DNA from: Paenacidovorax caeni
Lineage (GTDB): Bacteria > Cyanobacteriota > Cyanobacteriia > PCC-6307 > Cyanobiaceae
Direction of reading: 5' to 3'
Length of the DNA stretch: 64,000 nucleotides
Assembly: GCA_943371385.1 (NCBI GenBank)
Contig: CALRUP020000005.1
Span: forward strand, 1,365-65,364
Numbering within the stretch: the stretch's first letter is position 1; each line of letters starts with the position of its first letter. The notes under the pieces were generated by a model. The model was not told the DNA's origin. It ran no database searches and saw only the letters and a program-made list of their open reading frames with translations. Positions 59,235-64,000 of this stretch are shown here, piece by piece. The position numbers and the translations under genes were made by a program.

Positions 59235-59819
59235 TCAGGTAGGGGGCCCATGAAGGACCCGCTCGATCCGAGGGTCAGGGAGGAGCCAGAGCAGCGCCAC
59301 CAGCCCATAGATCGTCTGGGCGATCGCCGGAGAGCGCAGGCTGGCCAGCAGCGCCACCAGGTAGAGGGTCAAGGAGGTGTGCCCCTTCCAGTCGCGACCC
59401 ACCGCCCGGCGCAGCACGGAGTCGCTGCCCTGGAGGGCCATGATCCGCCCCTGCAGGATGAAGTAGGCCACGGCCGCCATGACCATGACCGCCCCGTAAA
59501 GGACAGCCGGCGCGATCGCCCGGTGGTTCTGACCCATCCAGCCGGTGGCGAACGGCACCAGCGACAACCAGAACAACAGGTGCAGATTGGCCAGCATGAC
59601 GGGGCCATTCACGCGCTGAAGGGTGTGCAGCATGTGGTGGTGATTGTTCCAGTAGATGCCGATGTAGACGAAGCTGAGCAGATAACTCAGGAAGACGGGG
59701 ATCAGGGGAATCAGGGCCGCCGGTTGCGTGTCGTGAGGCACCTTGATCTCCAGCACCATGATCGTGATGACGATGGCCAGGACGCCATCGCTGAAGGCCT
59801 CCATGCGGGTGGTGGTCAT
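59235..59819 (-). CDS. TMEM175-family K+ channel
   Basis: RMEAFSDGVLAIVITIMVL signature and YWNNHHH. Confidence 0.92.
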   Translation of the reverse strand: MTTTRMEAFSDGVLAIVITIMVLEIKVPHDTQPAALIPLIPVFLSYLLSFVYIGIYWNNHHHMLHTLQRVNGPVMLANLHLLFWLSLVPFATGWMGQNHRAIAPAVLYGAVMVMAAVAYFILQGRIMALQGSDSVLRRAVGRDWKGHTSLTLYLVALLASLRSPAIAQTIYGLVALLWLLPDPRIERVLHGPPT

Positions 59820-60067
59820 GGTGCGTTCCGGGTTGACCTGGCTGGATGATCTCCGAATGATGCCGACAACGCCATGGCCCAGTTGTCGTGCAGATGGACA
59901 GCAGAGTGCATCAGGGGAGAAATCTTTCGCCACATCCCTGAAACACCCTGGCCTCACTGAAGCTGCCCAGGCTGATTCCAATCCACACCAGCACCGATCC
60001 GACTCGGAAACCGCCACGACGCTGGGACGTGAGTATGGAGGGAGGGACCACTTCACAGGAAAGTCTG

Positions 60068-60421
60068 ATGCGAAGTCGCTTCCACAAACTCCTGATCAGG
60101 CTGGCCTCCATGGCCACGCTGGTTGTCTCCCTGATGGTCCAGTGGCCTGACATGGCCATGGCCAGCCAGGCACCATCCATCACTCCCATCGTTATCGGAA
60201 CCATGTCCAACAAGATCGAGGCCAAAGCCAAGGAAGCCGAGGGCAAGCTGGAGTCTGCCTATGGCGAACTCTCCGGCGACACGGGTCACCAGATCCAGGG
60301 GAAAGCCAAGCAGGTGCAGGCCTCAGCCATGACTACGGCGGAAGCGGTGAAGGATGGCACCAGGTCCGCAGCCCGCCAAGCCAGCGATTCCGCAGACAAG
60401 TTGGCGGACAAGATCAAGTAA
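60068..60421 (+). CDS. CsbD-like protein with an N-terminal signal/anchor
   Basis: K.KEAEGKLE.AYGEL.GD...QI.GKAKQ. Confidence 0.75.
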   Translation: MRSRFHKLLIRLASMATLVVSLMVQWPDMAMASQAPSITPIVIGTMSNKIEAKAKEAEGKLESAYGELSGDTGHQIQGKAKQVQASAMTTAEAVKDGTRSAARQASDSADKLADKIK

Positions 60422-60529
60422 GCGCCACGGCGTCCTGAACAACGGCAACGGCAGGGAGCCTGACGCCGCATCCCTGCCCCAGCCACCAAATCACCCAGCC
60501 CCACCAGACCCCACAGATAGGAGCACCCA

Positions 60530-60676
60530 ATGTTGGAATCACTCGCCGTCATTCTGGTCGTTCTCTGGCTGCTTGGACTCGTGACCTCCTACACCATGGG
60601 CGGCCTGATCCAAATCCTGCTGGTCATTGCCGTGGTCGCCATCGCCCTGCGCTTGATCAGTGTTCGTGCCGCATGA
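60530..60676 (+). CDS. lmo0937/DUF5670-family 48-aa membrane protein (not in the ORF track)
   Basis: RBS AGGAG; MLESLAVILVVLWLLGLVTSYTMGGLIQILLVIA. Confidence 0.82.
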   Translation: MLESLAVILVVLWLLGLVTSYTMGGLIQILLVIAVVAIALRLISVRAA

Positions 60677-61059
60677 GCTTCATCAGGATTCAGGCTGATC
60701 AGATCGATGCCGTTGTTCTGGTGGCGTTCATCTGATGGCGTCAGCCGCGGCAAGCATCCGATGCTATGCAAGCCACCTGCGAAGCGATCTCATCGGTCTG
60801 AAGAGAGGCGGAGAAGGCTTGATTGGAGGATCGACGCACCACCAAAAACAATACAAATGCGCATCTGCGGCAGATGTGCAGCGAACAACAGATGCCACCC
60901 CGTGAATCAGCAAACCTTTTGTATCAAACCCGCTGACCATGGCCTGTAACTCCTGAGGCTCTATAGGCTCCAAACTGAAGAAGCGAGTCATCGAAGCTCC
61001 TCGGAGGGCCTCCCGTAAAGCCCTCAATAGCTCAACCTTGAACGATAGGAGAACCACTC

Positions 61060-61251
61060 ATGTCCCTGATATCTCTCGTTGTCACCCTGATTGTTGTCGG
61101 AGTCTTGCTCTGGCTGGTCAATAATTACATACCGATGGATGGCAAGATCAAACGCATCTTGAACATCGTCGTTGTTGTTGCGGTCGTGGTCTGGCTGCTC
61201 AACGCGGTCGGCTTGATGGATTCCATCCGCGGCGTACGCGTCGGTAGGTGA
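61060..61251 (+). CDS. Thivi_2564-like small membrane protein
   Basis: RBS AGGAG; LIVVGVLLWLVN.YIPM...IK.ILN.VVV. Confidence 0.78.
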   Translation: MSLISLVVTLIVVGVLLWLVNNYIPMDGKIKRILNIVVVVAVVVWLLNAVGLMDSIRGVRVGR

Positions 61252-61325
61252 TCGCTTGCCTGCCGGAAGCATCTCTGGACCTCTGAATTATATTTTAATG
61301 GAGCCGCTCAACTGAAATTTCATCA

Positions 61326-61799
61326 ATGTGGCAACTTGCAATCCCGATCTGGGAGTTCATCCTTCGTGGTGTCGTTGTCTATATCTTTCTCCTGGTGCTC
61401 CTGCGGCTGACGGGGAAGCGTCAGGTGGGCCAGCTCGCCACGTTCGATCTCGTGCTGCTGCTGATTCTGTCCAATGCCGTGCAGAATTCGATGAATGGCG
61501 GTGATAACTCACTGGTCGGTGGATTGATTTCCGCCGTGACTCTGGTGGTGCTGAATCATCTCGTTGGGGTTGCAACAAGTTCCAGCAGGACAATCGAAAT
61601 CCTCGTCGAAGGGCGTCCTCAAGTGTTAGTGCACAATGGCAAGATCTATGCAAATGTGCTTCGCCATTCGCAGCTGACGCGCAATGAACTGGATGCGGCG
61701 ATCCGATCAGCCGGCTGCACCGGAGTGGATGATGTCCATGTGGCCATTTTGGAAAACAGTGGCTCCATCACCGTTCTGCCGAAGCCTCACCCGTCCTGA
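61326..61799 (+). CDS. DUF421/YetF membrane protein
   Basis: RL.GKRQVGQL..FD, EG.P..LV.NG and LE.SG.ITV. Confidence 0.88.
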   Translation: MWQLAIPIWEFILRGVVVYIFLLVLLRLTGKRQVGQLATFDLVLLLILSNAVQNSMNGGDNSLVGGLISAVTLVVLNHLVGVATSSSRTIEILVEGRPQVLVHNGKIYANVLRHSQLTRNELDAAIRSAGCTGVDDVHVAILENSGSITVLPKPHPS

Positions 61800-61933
61800 T
61801 CGAACCTGGCCACCGTGCTGGCACGGCGATGACCGATGGCGTCATCGCCCGACGAGCCGATCTCAAAGTTGACGGCAACGAAGCGCTCCCAGGGTCTTCG
61901 TTGAGGCCGCCCTCGTGATCCCGGCTCTCTGGT

Positions 61934-62305
61934 TCAGAGCGACTCACCCGGCAGGAAGCGCTGGATGAACACGGCCAGTTCCATGGGATCGCAGCGTGGC
62001 TGCCATTCCGTGCCCCCTGGCAACCTCCGCCAGCACACCACCTGGAGCGAGGCCGCTTCGCCGTCCAGCAGCTGCACCCGGTAGCGGTACTCGGCATCGG
62101 CGGCCTGCTCCGGGCAGGCCATGGGTTCGGCGCCGGGCTGGGTGGCCAGGAAGCAGGCAAGGAAGGCGGAGCCGTCACCGCCGTGGCGTCGGGCCGTGGC
62201 GAAGCGCCAGGCGGCACCGGTGGGGTAGCCGTCGTGGTGGAGGTAGAGGTGGCGCTCCGGCGTGCCCGGAAAGCCAGTGAAGGTGTAGACGGCGCGGGTG
62301 GCCAA
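61934..62305 (-). CDS. Hypothetical protein with an HHDGYP motif
   Basis: TRA.Y...LY.HHDGYP.GA. TTG start. Confidence 0.6.
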   Translation of the reverse strand: MATRAVYTFTGFPGTPERHLYLHHDGYPTGAAWRFATARRHGGDGSAFLACFLATQPGAEPMACPEQAADAEYRYRVQLLDGEAASLQVVCWRRLPGGTEWQPRCDPMELAVFIQRFLPGESL

Positions 62306-62441
62306 AGGGCGAGAGCAGTTGCACCATCCAGTGCCACCGGTGTCTCACACCCAGGCGGCGCAGAGAAGCTCCGCCTGGGCCAGCACGGCTTTCAGCGCGG
62401 CGTCCAAGTCGTTGGCGGCGAGGGCCGCGCACCACGATCCA

Positions 62442-62867
62442 TCAGGCGCGGCCCTGGATCCCGGCCCCGCAACGCCCCTGACGCTGATCACAGAGGGTCT
62501 GCAGCTCACTACGGCCGGTCAGCCGCAGCCGCCACCGGGCCCAGAGGGCATAGAGCGCATCCACCACGGGAGCGATCAGTGGCCAGGCGGTGGGGGCATA
62601 GAGCCAGCCCAGTCCCACCAGCCGGTAGGCCTCCCGGAAGACGGCCACATCCTTGATCACGTGGCCGTCGGCGGCGAGCCCACGCATGCTGCCCATCGCC
62701 TCCTGGTAGCTGATGCCTCCATGGGCCGAGGGGTCGTAGTCGGGTGCATCGATGTCGACGAAACGAATCAGCCCCCGGCCGCGATCACGGCCCCGCAGGC
62801 TGTCCACCTCGCGGCGGCAGAGGGGGCAGGCCCCGTCGAAGAGAAGGGTGAGCTCAGGTTCAGCCAT
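62442..62867 (-). CDS. DCC1-like thiol-disulfide oxidoreductase (DUF393)
   Basis: LFDGACPLC (DxxCxxC), F.DI and G.DVF..AY..VGL. Confidence 0.88.
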   Translation of the reverse strand: MAEPELTLLFDGACPLCRREVDSLRGRDRGRGLIRFVDIDAPDYDPSAHGGISYQEAMGSMRGLAADGHVIKDVAVFREAYRLVGLGWLYAPTAWPLIAPVVDALYALWARWRLRLTGRSELQTLCDQRQGRCGAGIQGRA

Positions 62868-63005
62868 GGCCTGGATCCTGGCGCAACGCTGGGGTGCACC
62901 GCGCCAGGGTTGCGCCAACGCCCGGGTCTGCGGGCGGCAGGGATGCGGGGTCTCCACTCGTTACGGGAGCCCGGTGGCTCCTGGCCTGGCCCGCCAACAA
63001 ACCGA

Positions 63006-63353
63006 TCAGGCTGGCTCGAGCAGGCGCAGCTGCTGCTCCAGCCGTTGCTTGAGGTGACCCTGCACCAGGTTGCAGAGGTCCTCCACCAGCGGGTCGGCCA
63101 GTTCGTAGCTGAGCCGCGTGCCCTCGCGCACGGAGCGCACCAGACCGGAGCGCTGCAACTGAGCCAGCTGACGGCTGATGTGGGACTGGCTGAAGCCCGT
63201 GGCCGCGATCAAGCTGGCCACATCCATCGGCCCCTGGTGCTTGAGCTGGCAGAGCAGCTGAAGCCGGGCCGGCTCGCTCAGGAGCCGGAAGAACTGGCTG
63301 AGCTCATCGAGGAGCTGGGGGCTCGGTGGCCCCCCGCCGGAGGGTTGACGCAT
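63006..63353 (-). CDS. ArsR regulator of the BigR/YgaV/SqrR (persulfide-sensing) type
   Basis: LSEPARLQLLC (alpha2 Cys), SQSHISRQL and DLC (alpha5 Cys). Divergent from the rhodanese gene. Confidence 0.8.
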   Translation of the reverse strand: MRQPSGGGPPSPQLLDELSQFFRLLSEPARLQLLCQLKHQGPMDVASLIAATGFSQSHISRQLAQLQRSGLVRSVREGTRLSYELADPLVEDLCNLVQGHLKQRLEQQLRLLEPA

Positions 63354-63362
63354 CTCAAGAGC

Positions 63363-63380
63363 TTATGCCGCTAGCAGCAT
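63363..63380. promoter_or_regulatory. Putative ArsR operator 1 (TTATGCCGCTAGCAGCAT)
   Basis: Near-perfect palindrome ATG-N10-CAT about 10 bp upstream of the arsR start; similar to 63492-63509. Confidence 0.55.
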
Positions 63381-63491
63381 GATGCCTGGCGCGTCGAATG
63401 GGCAACGGGGTGATGGGGCGACGGGATCACGGGCCTGGCCTCAGGCAGCGAAAGCCAACGATGATCGCTTTCGGGCTTGCGTTCATGCTCC

Positions 63492-63509
63492 TTATGCGGC
63501 TATCGTCAT
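63492..63509. promoter_or_regulatory. Putative ArsR operator 2 (TTATGCGGCTATCGTCAT)
   Basis: 14 of 18 positions identical to operator 1; upstream of the rhodanese gene. Confidence 0.55.
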
Positions 63510-63577
63510 AGTCATCAGCCGGTGTTCTCGATGGCGCCCACGGCGCCATCCAGCTCACCCCTCACCACGAACGTCCC

Positions 63578-64000
63578 ATGGCCATCCAAAGCCGCATCTC
63601 CGCCCATGACCTGGCTGATCAGCTCGCCGAGCACGACGTGACGGTCATCGATGTGCGCGAACCGATGGAGTACGCCTCCGGCCACATCGCCCATAGCCTC
63701 AACATCCCGCTCTCGCGCATCACCAAGGCGGATCTCCCCCGGGGTCCCCTGGTGCTGGTCTGCCAGAGCGGCAACCGCAGTTCCAAGGCCCTCGCTGAAC
63801 TGCAGCGGCTGGGGCACCCCCACAGCGTGAGTGATCTGCTGGGTGGACTTCCCAGCTGGCAGCAGGCCGGCCTGCCGGTGCGCAAGCTCAAAGGCGCCCC
63901 CCTGCCCCTGATGCGGCAGGTGCAGATCACCGCTGGCTCCCTGGTGCTGATCGGGGTGATCCTCAGCCAGCTGCTGGCGCCCGGCTGGATCTGGCTGAGC
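63578..64000 (+). CDS. Rhodanese + DUF2892 (YgaP-like) sulfurtransferase, runs off the window end
   Basis: IDVREP.EY..GHI, active-site CQSGNRS, L.GG...W and L.RQVQI.AG. Confidence 0.88.
   Translation, partial: MAIQSRISAHDLADQLAEHDVTVIDVREPMEYASGHIAHSLNIPLSRITKADLPRGPLVLVCQSGNRSSKALAELQRLGHPHSVSDLLGGLPSWQQAGLPVRKLKGAPLPLMRQVQITAGSLVLIGVILSQLLAPGWIWLS

Noticed and set aside
60764-61057. 97-aa minus-strand ORF in the AT-richer islet
   Set aside because: No recognisable motif or RBS, and it occupies the likely promoter region of the 61060 gene.

Overview
High-GC picocyanobacterial DNA (Cyanobium/Synechococcus-like, inferred from acsF, CAAD/CurT, RpaA-like, PtrA-like and ARTO genes) that reads as a long accessory region. 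From left to right it holds: (1) a P-type ATPase and a KimA-like K+ transporter; (2) a low-oxygen tetrapyrrole/lipid cluster (hemerythrin-acsF-desaturase-glycosyltransferase, a divergent Ycf54-like gene, heme oxygenase-hemN); (3) ArsR, pentapeptide, CAAD, cysK, an orphan ExbB/ExbD/ExbD/TonB-like motor and a CrtQ/CrtO-like pair; (4) a CuA-less alternative terminal oxidase (ARTO) operon; (5) a B12 radical-SAM segment bracketed by a duplicated hdeD 3' end; (6) a two-partner secretion operon; (7) an array of small secreted and stress proteins including three PliG-like paralogues and several pseudogene scars; (8) MscS, ABC, MgtA, GDT1, CDF, an RpaA paralogue, feoAB/piuC, ptrA/pstS, CHAD/corA and TMEM175; (9) a BigR/YgaV-type ArsR with a rhodanese. 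The strongest candidate for an undescribed system is block 6: the secreted TpsA carries a mucin-like domain of about 30 P-T-x-x-P units, and the next gene is a cytoplasmic glycosyltransferase with the motifs of eukaryotic polypeptide GalNAc-transferases. I found no rRNA, tRNA, CRISPR array, integrase or transposase. All family assignments come from motif recognition and recalled sequences, with no database search.
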